From Minisyncoccota bacterium (GTDB lineage: Bacteria; Patescibacteriota; Minisyncoccia; Phycocordibacterales; UBA918): a DNA stretch of 64,000 bases. The position numbers and the translations under genes were made by a program. Numbering within the stretch: position 1 is the stretch's first letter; each line of letters starts with the position of its first letter. Shown one piece after another: positions 41,714-52,314 of the stretch. The notes beneath the pieces are model-generated. The model was not told the DNA's origin. It made no database searches and saw only the letters and a list, made by a program, of their open reading frames with translations. The DNA lies in assembly GCA_021129515.1 (NCBI GenBank), contig JAJOLD010000001.1:164850-228849 (forward strand), in the 5' to 3' direction.

Positions 41714-41741
41714 TAGTATGATGTTACATTGTATCATACTA
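41714..41741 (+). repeat. 28-bp semi-palindromic site, copy 3
   Basis: tagtatgatgttacattgtatcatacta. Confidence 0.8.
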
Positions 41742-41797
41742 TACATCCATACATGCTCGTGTCTTCTATATTGCCGTAGAGTGATATGATTACATGT

Positions 41798-42664
41798 ATG
41801 AGCACCTTCCCTATTCATACGCTTTCCAAAAATGAATTTCCCAAGCAACTTTTGGAAATCCCCAAGCCTCCCGAAGTGCTTACCTACCGAGGTGCACTGC
41901 CACCCGACACCGCCAAGTGCTTAGCGGTTGTTGGCTCACGCAACTACACCAACTACGGCAAGCAAGCACTCGAGTATTTGATACGCAGTCTCCGTGGACA
42001 CAACATCGCGATTATTTCGGGCCTCGCACTCGGCATCGACAGCCTCGCACATAAAGCAGCACTCGACGCGGAGCTCTATACCCTCGCGGTCCCCGGTTCG
42101 GGTATCGACGACTCAGTCATTTACCCCCGTCGTCACAAAGGACTCGCCTACGAAATACTGGGAGCTGGTGGCGGACTCCTCTCAGAATTCGAACCGACTT
42201 TCAAAGCGACCACCTGGTCCTTCCCGCAGCGCAACAGAATTATGGCAGGGCTTGCAGACGCAGTACTCGTGGTAGAAGCAACACAAAAATCAGGCACGCT
42301 GATTACCGCGCGCCTCGCAACTGACTACAACCGTGATGTGCTCACGATTCCGGGTGATATATTTTCCGCTTCGAGCGAAGGCCCACATATGCTCATTAAG
42401 CTGGGCGCAACCCCGGTGACAACACCTGAAGATATTCTTGAAGCACTCCATATTGATACTGAGCCTACTACCGCACCCCTCCCAATCGACGACCTACCAC
42501 AAGAAGAAGCGTCTATACTCGCACTCCTTAGCGCTCCAACTGAGCGAGATACACTCGTACGTGCCGCGAATATGGACACACAAACCTGCACAACAACCCT
42601 TACCATGATGGAGATTAAGGGACTTATTAGTATCGACGGCAATGTTGTGCGGAGATTGCGGTAA
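41798..42664 (+). CDS. dprA: DNA-processing protein DprA
   Basis: AVVGSR, ISGLALGIDSLAH, FPQRNRIMAGL, SGTLITA. Confidence 0.96.
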   Translation: MSTFPIHTLSKNEFPKQLLEIPKPPEVLTYRGALPPDTAKCLAVVGSRNYTNYGKQALEYLIRSLRGHNIAIISGLALGIDSLAHKAALDAELYTLAVPGSGIDDSVIYPRRHKGLAYEILGAGGGLLSEFEPTFKATTWSFPQRNRIMAGLADAVLVVEATQKSGTLITARLATDYNRDVLTIPGDIFSASSEGPHMLIKLGATPVTTPEDILEALHIDTEPTTAPLPIDDLPQEEASILALLSAPTERDTLVRAANMDTQTCTTTLTMMEIKGLISIDGNVVRRLR

Positions 42665-42848
42665 TTGTTTCTTAGCTTGCACAAGATTGAGGAATACTAG
42701 CAAAATAGTGTGCAATGTATATGGATATACATTGCACACTACGTTTGCGCCGTGTGACAAAAATATTGTGTGAGCTAAAGACAATTACTAGCTGTTATTT
42801 GACATATGTGTCAATACCTAGTATTTATGTGTGGAATAACCTATATAT

Positions 42849-45203
42849 ATGTCTACACTCGTTATCGTTGAGTCACCCGCAAAGGCAAAAACCATTGGGA
42901 AATATCTTGGAAAGGGATACAAGGTGGTTGCCTCTGTCGGTCATGTGCGTGACCTCCCTAAGAGTAATAAAGATGCCGTCGATGTTGACGGTGGTTTTGT
43001 GCCGCGATATATCAACTCACCCGGCAAAGAAAAAGTGATCAAAGAGCTGCAAGATGCAGCCAAAAAAGCAGATGCGGTACTCCTCGCACCCGACCCTGAC
43101 CGCGAAGGTGAAGCAATTGCGTGGCATGTTGCTGAGCTCATAAAAGATCAGAACAAAAACATCAAGCGTATCGCCTTTCATGAAATTACCGAACCCGCGG
43201 TACAAGAAGCACTCAAGCATCCCCGCAAAATTGACCTCAACCTCAAGCAGGCACAGGAAGCGCGTCGTGTGCTCGACCGCTTGGTAGGCTACGACCTCTC
43301 GGGACTTATCTGGAAGAAGGTTCGGTATGGACTCTCAGCAGGCCGTGTACAATCTCCAGCCCTTCGCATTATTATGGAACGCGAGCGTGAAATCCGCGCG
43401 TTTATTCCCGAAGACTACTGGGTACTCACCGCACATACTAAAACACAGCAAAAAACCGATCTCCCGCTGGTGTGCTCGGTAGAACCACGTGAAGAGAAGG
43501 AAATGCAGCGCATCGTGAAGCTTGGTGAAAAGCATAACTGGGCAATCACAAGTATCAAGGAGACGGAACAAAAGCGAGCTCCCCGCCCACCCTTTACGAC
43601 TTCAACACTGCAACAGACGGCATCGACACGCCTTGGATTCTCACCATCGCGCACCATGGGGGCAGCACAGAAACTCTACGAAGCAGGACACATTACCTAC
43701 ATGCGTACCGATTCAACGTCGATGAGTGATATTGCACAAAAGCAAATTATTGCACTGCTTCATGATGACTTCGGCAAAGACTATGTTGCACCGCGCACTT
43801 TTAAAACAAAAAGCAAATCGGCACAGGAGGCGCACGAAGCAGTCCGTCCGAGTAACTTTGCAAAGCGTGACGCAGGACTCACGCAAGACCAAAAAGCCCT
43901 CTACGAACTTATCTGGAAGCGTGCCGTCGCCTCACAAATGGCAGACGCAAAAATCAAGCGCACGAAGATAAGCGCCAATATTACTGACAGCAAAGCTAAA
44001 ATTCCTGATTTTGCAACGACTGGTTCGCGCGTTATGTTTGACGGATGGCTTAAGGTAGACACCGCAGCGCGTGGTGAAGATATAGAAGTACCACAACTCG
44101 CTGAAGGTGATGCGCTCACCCTCAAAAAAATGGAGGTGGAAGCAAAACAAACCCAACCACCAAACCGGTACACTGAAGCAGGACTCATTAAGGAACTCGA
44201 AAAACGCGGCATTGGTCGCCCATCGACCTATGCGTCGATTATGAAAACTATTATTGACCGTGGGTATGTCGAGAAAGAAGGACGCACCTTGCTTCCAACC
44301 GACACAGGGGACGTGGTTTCCACCTTCCTTGAAGAACACTTTAAGGACTATATTGATGACGATTTCACGAGTGAGATGGAAGACGAACTCGATGACATTG
44401 CCGAGGGCAAACGTGAATATGTCAAAACACTCAAGGAGTTCTATACCCCATTCACCAAAGCCGTCGACTCAAAAGAAAATATTGAAAAACTGACCAATCT
44501 TGGTCCTGGTCCCAAAGAATTTCCGTGTCCAAAATGTGGCAAGGACATGGTCGTGAAACTGGGTCGCGCGGGCAAGTTTCTCTCGTGCAGCACCTTCCCT
44601 GAGTGCGATGGTGCCCGTATGATTGACGGCTCTGAAATCAAAGATGACGAGCCGATTGGCAAGCATCCGGATAGCGGCGAAGACATCTACATCCTTAATG
44701 GTCGCTTTGGTCCCTATGTACAGCTTGGTCCCACACCAGAAAAAGTGAAGGGTAAAAAAACACCTTCACCACGACGTGCCAGTATTCCGAAAGACGTGAG
44801 CGTGAGTGATGTTACCCTCGAGATGGCAGTAAAACTACTTATACTCCCCCGCGAACTTGGCGAACACCCTGATACAGGCGAACCTATCAGTGCAAACGTT
44901 GGTCGCTTTGGACCATACATTGTGCACGCCGGTGACTTCCGTTCCCTCAAAGGTGACGACGACCCGTATACGATTACCTACGAACGTGCAATGGAGATTC
45001 TTAAAGAACCAAAGAAGCTCCGTGCTGGTGAAAAACTGGTGAAGGAAGTGGGTATTCACCCAAAGACTAAAAATATGATTAAAGTCTTTGAATCAAAATC
45101 AGGACGCTATCTGAAGCGAGGATTCAAGCGCATTTGGCTTCCTGACAAAACCAACATCGACAAGTTCACGGTTGAAGATGCACTTGAGTTGTATAAACAG
45201 TAA
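42849..45203 (+). CDS. topA: DNA topoisomerase I
   Basis: LVIVESPAKAKTI, DPDREGEAI, ITYMRTDS, zinc ribbon and Toprim C-terminal repeats (GRFGPY). Confidence 0.98.
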   Translation: MSTLVIVESPAKAKTIGKYLGKGYKVVASVGHVRDLPKSNKDAVDVDGGFVPRYINSPGKEKVIKELQDAAKKADAVLLAPDPDREGEAIAWHVAELIKDQNKNIKRIAFHEITEPAVQEALKHPRKIDLNLKQAQEARRVLDRLVGYDLSGLIWKKVRYGLSAGRVQSPALRIIMEREREIRAFIPEDYWVLTAHTKTQQKTDLPLVCSVEPREEKEMQRIVKLGEKHNWAITSIKETEQKRAPRPPFTTSTLQQTASTRLGFSPSRTMGAAQKLYEAGHITYMRTDSTSMSDIAQKQIIALLHDDFGKDYVAPRTFKTKSKSAQEAHEAVRPSNFAKRDAGLTQDQKALYELIWKRAVASQMADAKIKRTKISANITDSKAKIPDFATTGSRVMFDGWLKVDTAARGEDIEVPQLAEGDALTLKKMEVEAKQTQPPNRYTEAGLIKELEKRGIGRPSTYASIMKTIIDRGYVEKEGRTLLPTDTGDVVSTFLEEHFKDYIDDDFTSEMEDELDDIAEGKREYVKTLKEFYTPFTKAVDSKENIEKLTNLGPGPKEFPCPKCGKDMVVKLGRAGKFLSCSTFPECDGARMIDGSEIKDDEPIGKHPDSGEDIYILNGRFGPYVQLGPTPEKVKGKKTPSPRRASIPKDVSVSDVTLEMAVKLLILPRELGEHPDTGEPISANVGRFGPYIVHAGDFRSLKGDDDPYTITYERAMEILKEPKKLRAGEKLVKEVGIHPKTKNMIKVFESKSGRYLKRGFKRIWLPDKTNIDKFTVEDALELYKQ

Positions 45204-45340
45204 CCATACGTATTCAGAATAAGTAGTTAGTATGAGTAAACGCGGGGTCGGAACGACCCCGCGTTTACTGATTGGATGGAGCCTGCCCGCATAATTATTC
45301 GTGCGGGCTTGTCGGCACAGAAGACAGAGAGTACAATCAA

Positions 45341-46906
45341 ATGATGTACACTGCCGAAGACATCATCACCTATCTACCATCACCAACGCAAGCTGATCGC
45401 GAACTTATTACCGCTGCCTATGAGTTTGCACGCGAAGCTCACGAGGGACACACACGCTACTCTGGCGAACCGTACCTCTCGCACCTTGCATCGGTCGCAA
45501 AAATGCTTGCTGAAATGGGTTTTGGTACCCGCACGATTTCAGCCGGATTACTTCATGACTCCATAGAAGACACTGGTGTGACTGAGAACGAAATCAGGAA
45601 GCTCTTTGGAGAAGAAATTCTCTTCTTGGTGCAAGGTGTCACCAAGCTGGGTTCCGTACGGTACTACGGGAGTGATAGACACAATGAAAGTTTGCGCAAA
45701 CTCTTTGTGGCAACGAGTCAGGATATTCGAGTTCTTATCATCAAGCTTGTCGACCGGCTGCACAACATGCAGACCTTTGCACATGTACCGGCACACAAGC
45801 AGAAACGTATTGCCCGAGAAACACTTGAAATATACGCCCCCGTTGCGCATCGCCTTGGTATGGGACGCATTCGCAAAGACCTCGAAGATATGGCATTTCC
45901 CTATGTGTATCCCGACGAATACAAACGCGTGCAAGAAATCATTACCCCACTTGCCAAAAAGGCTGACACCGACCTTGAAAAAATACGCAAAACGATTCAA
46001 CGCAAGTTAGTCGAAGATGGTATGCGTGACTTTAAGACCCACACACGTATCAAGGGAACGTATAGTCTCTATCACAAACTCCGTCGTCGTGATTGGGATA
46101 TTGATAAAATCTACGATTACCTTGCTATTCGTGTCATTGTAAAAAACGTAGAAGATTGCTACCAGGTCCTTGGTATCATTCATAAATTTTGGCGACCAAT
46201 GCCAAATAGACTCAAAGATTATATCGCCAACAAAAAACCAAACGGCTATCAATCAATCCACACGACGGTATGCATTCCAACCGACACTATTCTTGAGATT
46301 CAAATTCGTACTGATGACATGCATCGAGAAGCAGAGTTCGGTATCGCATCACACATGATTTATAAAGAAGCACAACAAGGACGCGGCGTATCAAAAGCAA
46401 GCAATAAGCCTTGGTTCACTTCACTCATTCCATCACTCTTTCGTCCTTTTGCGTGGCGCACCACACTCCAAGCACCACGTGAGGAGGAAGAACTTTTTTC
46501 AGAGCGCAGTCCAAAAGAAAAAATACCGCACTGGATTCAAGAAGTTGCAGAAGCACACAAGAGCACCAAGGCACCACATGGATTTATGGAAGATCTGAAA
46601 AACGACTTCTTCTCATACCGCATCTTTGTATTCACCCCTGAGGGTGACGTGGTTGACCTTCCGGTTGATGCGAGCCCTATTGATTTTGCCTATGCAATTC
46701 ACTCAGAAATCGGCAACCATGTATCAGGTGCACGGGTAAACAACAAACTCGTGGGGCTTGATACGGGTCTGAAAAACGGTGACATTGTTGAAATCTTGAC
46801 CAAGGACAGCAGCCGCCCAACACAAAAATGGATGGAATACGCAAAAACCACCCTCGCGCAACGCAAGATTCGCGCATCAATTGAAGCTACAGCGAAAAGT
46901 GCTTAA
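45341..46906 (+). CDS. rel: RelA/SpoT family (p)ppGpp hydrolase/synthetase with TGS, no ACT domain
   Basis: SGEPYLSH, LLHDSIED, DRLHNM, KPNGYQSIHT, EIQIRT, PIDFAYAIHSEIG. Confidence 0.93.
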   Translation: MMYTAEDIITYLPSPTQADRELITAAYEFAREAHEGHTRYSGEPYLSHLASVAKMLAEMGFGTRTISAGLLHDSIEDTGVTENEIRKLFGEEILFLVQGVTKLGSVRYYGSDRHNESLRKLFVATSQDIRVLIIKLVDRLHNMQTFAHVPAHKQKRIARETLEIYAPVAHRLGMGRIRKDLEDMAFPYVYPDEYKRVQEIITPLAKKADTDLEKIRKTIQRKLVEDGMRDFKTHTRIKGTYSLYHKLRRRDWDIDKIYDYLAIRVIVKNVEDCYQVLGIIHKFWRPMPNRLKDYIANKKPNGYQSIHTTVCIPTDTILEIQIRTDDMHREAEFGIASHMIYKEAQQGRGVSKASNKPWFTSLIPSLFRPFAWRTTLQAPREEEELFSERSPKEKIPHWIQEVAEAHKSTKAPHGFMEDLKNDFFSYRIFVFTPEGDVVDLPVDASPIDFAYAIHSEIGNHVSGARVNNKLVGLDTGLKNGDIVEILTKDSSRPTQKWMEYAKTTLAQRKIRASIEATAKSA

Positions 46907-48392
46907 GTGAGTATAAATCAGTATCATCTTCTTTCTTTGTTTCTGAAGATTCAGAAGGAGCCACAGATTTCTCCGGCGCATGCTCTGGCGATGCTACCGT
47001 CTCAACATCGTCATGTACGGGTGGATGCGCGGGTGCTGCATGAATACCCTGCTTTGCGGCAACTGGTTCCGCAGTAGGTGGTGTCGGCTGTGTTTGTACG
47101 TGTGCTTCGGTAGTGTGCCCCGCGTGGTGTTCGGTACGAAGGTCCTCAACGCGTGTCAGCGGAAATGCATCAGCCACGCTTTCCGTTGCCTGCTGTGGTT
47201 CAGAGACTCCTGATTCTGGTGTTGCTGTGTGCTCTGCCTCAGTAGCTGCGTCAGCAGCGGGTGCTGGAGTCGCTTCAGTAGCATTACGGTATGCGGCAAA
47301 TTCGGGTGCCATGTATATTGGTGCTGCCGTTTCGGGTTCCGCGTCTACGGGTTGCTCGTGCACAGCTACTGACGCTTGTGTGTGCAGGTCCTCCACCTCG
47401 ACAGGATCATCATCACCATTGCGGTACACCTCAAACTGTGACTCCACTGGTGTAGGCGCTGCCGCAATGTTATTTTCTGCAGCAGCCAGCGGTGTTGCCG
47501 CTGCAATTTTTGCAATAGTTGTACCTCCCTCCTGCTCGTTATGCATCACAATATTTGCATCATCATGATTCACCAATTGATACAATTTTTCCAAGTCATC
47601 TTGCGAGAAATAATCAATCGTCACTTTACCCCCATAATCAGTCTTGGTGATTTGCACCCGAGTACCAAGTGTTTCTGTAAATTGCTTTTCAATTTCAATA
47701 ATTTCTGGGTCCACACCCCAATCTTTCTTCCGCACCTTATCAGTCGCAATCTTGCGTGCAATACGCTCCACCTCACGGACCGAGAGTTTCTTCAGGAGAA
47801 TTTCGCGAAAAAGGGTGTCTTGCTCTTCTGGTCGGTCGTTAAGCATCAAGAGTGTGCGGGCATGCCCGTCAGAAATATCCCCCACTTTGAGCGCGTTCAA
47901 GATACTACTCGGCAACTGCAACAGACGAATCGAGTTGGACACATACTCACGTGAACGTCCCATCTTCTTCGCAACCTGCGCATGCGACAGTTTAAATTGT
48001 TCTGCAAGTTGCTTAAATGCCATCGCACGGTCGACCGCATTGAGATCTTCACGTTGGAGATTTTCAATAATCGCAAGCTCGAACTTCATTTGTTCGCTCT
48101 CTTCTTCAGAACGAATAATAACCGGCACCTGCTGCAAGCCAGCGAGTTTCGATGCACGCAATCGGCGCTCACCTGCAATCAACTCATATTGGGTAGTAAA
48201 GGCGCCTTCTTCACCAATGATTTCCTTCCGTGTCACCACCAACGGCTGCAATACGCCATACATGCGGATAGATTCCGCAAGTTCACTAAGCTTTTCTTCG
48301 CTGAATTCCCGCCGCGGCTGGAATGGGTTTGGTACCACTTTTTCAACCTCCACCCAAAAAATAGAATCTCCTTCGTATGCCATGTCGGACAT
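46887..48392 (-). CDS. parB: ParB/Spo0J family protein with long low-complexity C-terminal tail
   Basis: PNPFQPR, GVLQPL, LIAGERRLRA, IENLQREDL; start at 48392 because the longer ORF overlaps tRNA-Leu. Confidence 0.93.
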   Translation of the reverse strand: MSDMAYEGDSIFWVEVEKVVPNPFQPRREFSEEKLSELAESIRMYGVLQPLVVTRKEIIGEEGAFTTQYELIAGERRLRASKLAGLQQVPVIIRSEEESEQMKFELAIIENLQREDLNAVDRAMAFKQLAEQFKLSHAQVAKKMGRSREYVSNSIRLLQLPSSILNALKVGDISDGHARTLLMLNDRPEEQDTLFREILLKKLSVREVERIARKIATDKVRKKDWGVDPEIIEIEKQFTETLGTRVQITKTDYGGKVTIDYFSQDDLEKLYQLVNHDDANIVMHNEQEGGTTIAKIAAATPLAAAENNIAAAPTPVESQFEVYRNGDDDPVEVEDLHTQASVAVHEQPVDAEPETAAPIYMAPEFAAYRNATEATPAPAADAATEAEHTATPESGVSEPQQATESVADAFPLTRVEDLRTEHHAGHTTEAHVQTQPTPPTAEPVAAKQGIHAAPAHPPVHDDVETVASPEHAPEKSVAPSESSETKKEDDTDLYSLKHFSL

Positions 48393-48475
48393 TGTAGCAT
48401 ATCGCCCATTGTGGACGCTGTTTATAATTATCGATAAATTTGCTACACTCGTAAGCGCACTTATATATATTTGAT

Positions 48476-48560
48476 GGGCGTGTGGCGGAATTGGTATACG
48501 CGTACGACTCAAAATCGTATGGAGCAATCCATGAGGGTTCGACCCCCTCCACGCCCACCA
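48476..48560 (+). tRNA. tRNA-Leu(CAA)
   Basis: TACGA-CTCAAAA-TCGTA anticodon arm, long variable arm, encoded CCA. Confidence 0.97.
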
Positions 48561-48567
48561 AATATAT

Positions 48568-48651
48568 GTGAGTAGGAATTGGTAGGTAAAACAGTACGGG
48601 GTACTGTTTTACCTCAAAATCATATGGAGCAATCCATGAGGGTTTGACCTC
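48568..48651 (+). pseudogene. Degenerate tRNA-Leu copy with a hairpin replacing the D-loop-to-anticodon segment
   Basis: ggaattggta + ggtaaaacagtac-ggg-gtactgttttacc + tcaaaatcatatggagcaatccatgagggtttgacc. Confidence 0.8.
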
Positions 48652-48715
48652 AATACAGACAAAAAGTACACAAAAAAAGCGCCGATTGACCGGCGCTTTT
48701 TTAATAATGACAGCA

Positions 48716-48991
48716 TTATCGCTTGCCGTGAAATGTTTCAGCTGTACTGGCTAATACCTTGCCCAATTGCCGCTCGACATGACGCTGTTGGTGTGTAGTA
48801 TCTGGTGCCTTAAGAATCGACACAAAGAGTGCAATGGCAAGAAACACACAACCGACAATGAGACCTATAGCAACAAGAGAGGTACGAGTATCAAAATTGG
48901 TACTAGTACCAAGCAGTATCGCCACGCCACCAGCAATACACAGCAAGAAGAGTGCAAAAAACACCCATTGTATTTTTTCTGTTGTTTTCAT
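48716..48991 (-). CDS. Small two-TM hypothetical protein
   Basis: GGAGG RBS; two hydrophobic helices. Confidence 0.5.
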   Translation of the reverse strand: MKTTEKIQWVFFALFLLCIAGGVAILLGTSTNFDTRTSLVAIGLIVGCVFLAIALFVSILKAPDTTHQQRHVERQLGKVLASTAETFHGKR

Positions 48992-49157
48992 AGCGCGTCC
49001 TCCACGCACAAATCCCATATATATTTATAGGATACGAACTATTGATTGTCAAACATACGCATGCGTAGTTTATATAACGCAGAAAAGACACCCACTCACC
49101 CATTGGACGCCTTTTCTCATAATCAATACTTACTGCTGATACTCCTTCGCAGCACGT

Positions 49158-49757
49158 TTAAATTTTTCCTACCAAATCAAGTCCTGGGGTAAGCGTATCA
49201 TCCCCTTCGTCCCAACTTGCTGGGCAGACATTTGAAGGATTTTCAGATACATACTTCGCTGCCTTAAACTTGCGGAGTGTTTCCTTTGCTGAACGACCAA
49301 TTGAGTTGTCATTGATTTCAACTCCCTTAATCACACCCTCAGGGTCGATAATGAAGGTTCCGCGGAGCGCAACACCTTCGTCCTCTATCAAAACACCAAA
49401 GAGGTCTGACAGCTCGTGTGAAGGGTCTGCCGCCATTGGGTACTCAATCTGCTTGATAGTTGGAGACTCATCGTGCCACGCTTTGTGCACAAATGGGGTA
49501 TCGGTTGAGACTGAAACCACCTCCGCATTTTCTCCTTTAAATGCTTCATAATGTTTTGCCATTTCTTCGAGTTCTGTCGGGCATACGAAGGTGAAGTCTG
49601 CAGGATAGAAGAAGAGAATGGTCCATTTGCCACGCAAGTCCTTAAAACTCATTTTCTTAATTTCTTCGTTCTGGAATACTTCAAAGTCGATATCCTCCGG
49701 TACCGTGTCGCCAACAGAAAGTGGTGCAAAGATTGGCTCGTATGATAGTTCGTCCAT
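49158..49757 (-). CDS. ahpC: 2-Cys peroxiredoxin
   Basis: FYPADFTFVCPTEL, VCPASW. Confidence 0.96.
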   Translation of the reverse strand: MDELSYEPIFAPLSVGDTVPEDIDFEVFQNEEIKKMSFKDLRGKWTILFFYPADFTFVCPTELEEMAKHYEAFKGENAEVVSVSTDTPFVHKAWHDESPTIKQIEYPMAADPSHELSDLFGVLIEDEGVALRGTFIIDPEGVIKGVEINDNSIGRSAKETLRKFKAAKYVSENPSNVCPASWDEGDDTLTPGLDLVGKI

Positions 49758-49822
49758 AGTAGTGCTCGTTAATTGTTTACTTAATGAGCCATAATGATAC
49801 CATGCGCAATACAAGACTGCAT

Positions 49823-50719
49823 ATGAAACCAAAAGTTATTGTTATTGTGGGACCAACCGCCTCGGGAAAGACCATGCTCTCTATTGAAATCGCTACATTA
49901 TGTGATGGTGAGGTAGTGTCTGCTGACTCGCGGCAAGTGTACCGAGGACTCGATATAGGTACCGGCAAAGTCACCCCTGAGGAGATGAACGGCATCCCCC
50001 ATCATCTGCTCGATGTCGCTGACCCTATGGATGTATACACCGCAGCAGACTTTGCGCGCGACGGACAAGCAGCAATCAATGGGATTCTAGAGCAAAATCA
50101 TCTTCCTATTATTGCCGGCGGCACCTTTTTCTATGTGGATGCACTCTTGGGTACCGTCGCCGTTCCTGAAGTACCGCCTAACCCTGCCTTGCGTGCATCT
50201 CTTGAAAAGCGAACGGCAGAAGCATTATTTGCAGAACTACAAGAAAAAGATGCTGCGCGGGCAGAAACTATAGATCCACACAACAAAGTGCGGCTCGTGC
50301 GTGCACTCGAACTTATCGATGCACTTGGCAGTGTGCCAACACCAACTTCTGAACCGCTCTATGATGCGCTGTTTCTTGGTATTGAAATTACTGAAGCGCA
50401 ACTCCATCACAATATATACAAACGCATCATCGACCGCCTTGACCACGGCATGATAGAAGAGGTAGTGCAGCTGCATGCAAACGGCATGACCTACGAGCGC
50501 ATGGAGGAGCTCGGGCTCGAGTATCGATACATCTCCCGCCACCTCAAAGGTGAGCTCACGAAGGAAGCAATGATTGACGAACTCAATACCAAAACCCGCC
50601 AATTTGCAAAACGCCAACTAACCTGGCTGAAGCGATACACAGCGGTGCAATGGGTCGCACCTGACGCAGTTACAGAAGCACGTGCGCTCGTGCACCACCA
50701 TACACAGACGCATTCCTAA
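49823..50719 (+). CDS. miaA: tRNA dimethylallyltransferase
   Basis: GPTASGKT, SADSRQVYRGLDIGTGK, FAKRQLTW. Confidence 0.97.
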   Translation: MKPKVIVIVGPTASGKTMLSIEIATLCDGEVVSADSRQVYRGLDIGTGKVTPEEMNGIPHHLLDVADPMDVYTAADFARDGQAAINGILEQNHLPIIAGGTFFYVDALLGTVAVPEVPPNPALRASLEKRTAEALFAELQEKDAARAETIDPHNKVRLVRALELIDALGSVPTPTSEPLYDALFLGIEITEAQLHHNIYKRIIDRLDHGMIEEVVQLHANGMTYERMEELGLEYRYISRHLKGELTKEAMIDELNTKTRQFAKRQLTWLKRYTAVQWVAPDAVTEARALVHHHTQTHS

Positions 50720-50800
50720 GCATCAGTCTCAAGTCATATCCCCATAGACATATATTTTGCACACAGACTATACACCTACATACGGTATCATGGTCATATT

Positions 50801-52150
50801 ATGCAGCGTGTCGATTTTGCATACCCTCTGGTACACAAGTACGCACTACAATTAATTATTATGGTGGGATTGCTGCTTTCGTATAGCACAACCGCACATG
50901 CCGCACCCTGTCATACCTATACGTATGCAAACACACCACAGAGCACACTTGGTGCACCCTATGACGTGTTTGATAGTGCGCACCGCACACTCGTGCGTGT
51001 AGACTGCTCCGACAACACCATCCAACTCACCTTAGGAAACACCGGGCGCAAACACCTCATACACACAACTGGGTATATAGAGTTCTCGCCAGGCGTGTTT
51101 ACCCCTTTTTCCATTACTCCCGCTACTGCTGCCGTTACCCTTGATGCTTCATGGATAGTTGCGCACGCAGCGCAAGGCACAATCACGGTACCGCCCACCG
51201 CATATGGCACCACTGCGTATATCTATACATACCTCTGCCAAGTACGCAGCGGTGCTGAGGGCAAGAGCCTCAAGTGTGGATGTAATGCTACCTCGCAACA
51301 TTCGTGTACACAAACACACGGCACGTATGCAGGAAGCTGGACACTGCAAAAAGTAACCATTCCAACACCAACCACATCCACACACAATACCGAAAAAGGA
51401 TTCCGTATTCTTATCGGCACTAACCAGCTCTATCCAGAAGAAGCAGCGCAAGCACATCGCTTTGCAGCAGATGGTGCGTGGGTACTACATCGTAATAGTC
51501 CTCCAGGAATTAATTGGAAGCAAACACTCAAAACACTCAATGCAGATACCTGGACCGTTTCTGAAAACAATCCCGGAGGGACTGGCGGTGTGACAAACTT
51601 CACCGTTGCACATACCGGAAAAATGGTTGATGCTGCCATGTTTTATGAGGAGATACCCATGAAGACAATACTTCCTGATACCCTGATTGATCATTTTGCC
51701 GCACATACCGTGGCAGGATATGGCAGCATCGGAAAACGTATGGTGGTACTCACTCGTAGCTTTGGAGTCAGTGACCCCCGCCGTGCAGAGCTCATACATG
51801 CACTCTCACACCCAATGGTTGTGGGTGCAACCTTCGAGTTTAACCCGAGCATACTGAATCCTGCATGGAAGATACCCGAAGGCTGTGCTTATGTGCTCAG
51901 TCTTGGCAAGCAGTGTTACCTCCTTATGCCACCAATACGAGATGGCAATACCGATTTCCTCAGTAGCATACAACAGGCACTCAAAAAGTTTGAGCCAAGT
52001 GGTGTCCTCCGCAATCCCAACACCTATCTCATTCCCGCGGTCTATGCACGCCCCAATAATCAACACTTCCTCAGCACCAGCCCATCCGATAGAAATAGTA
52101 TTGAAGCAATTGTGACATGGCTCAAAGCATATCGAAGAGAATTCCAATAA
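50801..52150 (+). CDS. Secreted hypothetical protein with Cys-rich module
   Basis: Signal peptide ending TAHA; YLCQ..KCGC..SC..WTLQ; Thr/Pro linker; second globular domain. Confidence 0.65.
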   Translation: MQRVDFAYPLVHKYALQLIIMVGLLLSYSTTAHAAPCHTYTYANTPQSTLGAPYDVFDSAHRTLVRVDCSDNTIQLTLGNTGRKHLIHTTGYIEFSPGVFTPFSITPATAAVTLDASWIVAHAAQGTITVPPTAYGTTAYIYTYLCQVRSGAEGKSLKCGCNATSQHSCTQTHGTYAGSWTLQKVTIPTPTTSTHNTEKGFRILIGTNQLYPEEAAQAHRFAADGAWVLHRNSPPGINWKQTLKTLNADTWTVSENNPGGTGGVTNFTVAHTGKMVDAAMFYEEIPMKTILPDTLIDHFAAHTVAGYGSIGKRMVVLTRSFGVSDPRRAELIHALSHPMVVGATFEFNPSILNPAWKIPEGCAYVLSLGKQCYLLMPPIRDGNTDFLSSIQQALKKFEPSGVLRNPNTYLIPAVYARPNNQHFLSTSPSDRNSIEAIVTWLKAYRREFQ

Positions 52151-52215
52151 CAATCATATACAGGAATCCGTTTGACCTTCTTCTCAGTTTGCCCTACCAT
52201 ATGGGGCATTGATTA

Positions 52216-52287
52216 GGGTCTATAGTTTAATTGGTAAAACAGCGGTCTCCAAAACCGCCGTTCTCAGTTCAAGTCTGAGTGGACCCG
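52216..52287 (+). tRNA. tRNA-Trp(CCA)
   Basis: GCGGT-CTCCAAA-ACCGC anticodon arm, CTCAG-TTCAAGT-CTGAG T-arm. Confidence 0.96.
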
Positions 52288-52314
52288 CAGTGATTCAACA
52301 TTCTGTAATAGTCT

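Noticed and set aside
41439-41789. 116-aa ORF upstream of dprA
   Set aside because: No motif; spans a hairpin and the 28-bp repeat; probably non-coding or decayed.
47644-48474. 276-aa plus-strand ORF
   Set aside because: Antisense shadow of parB.
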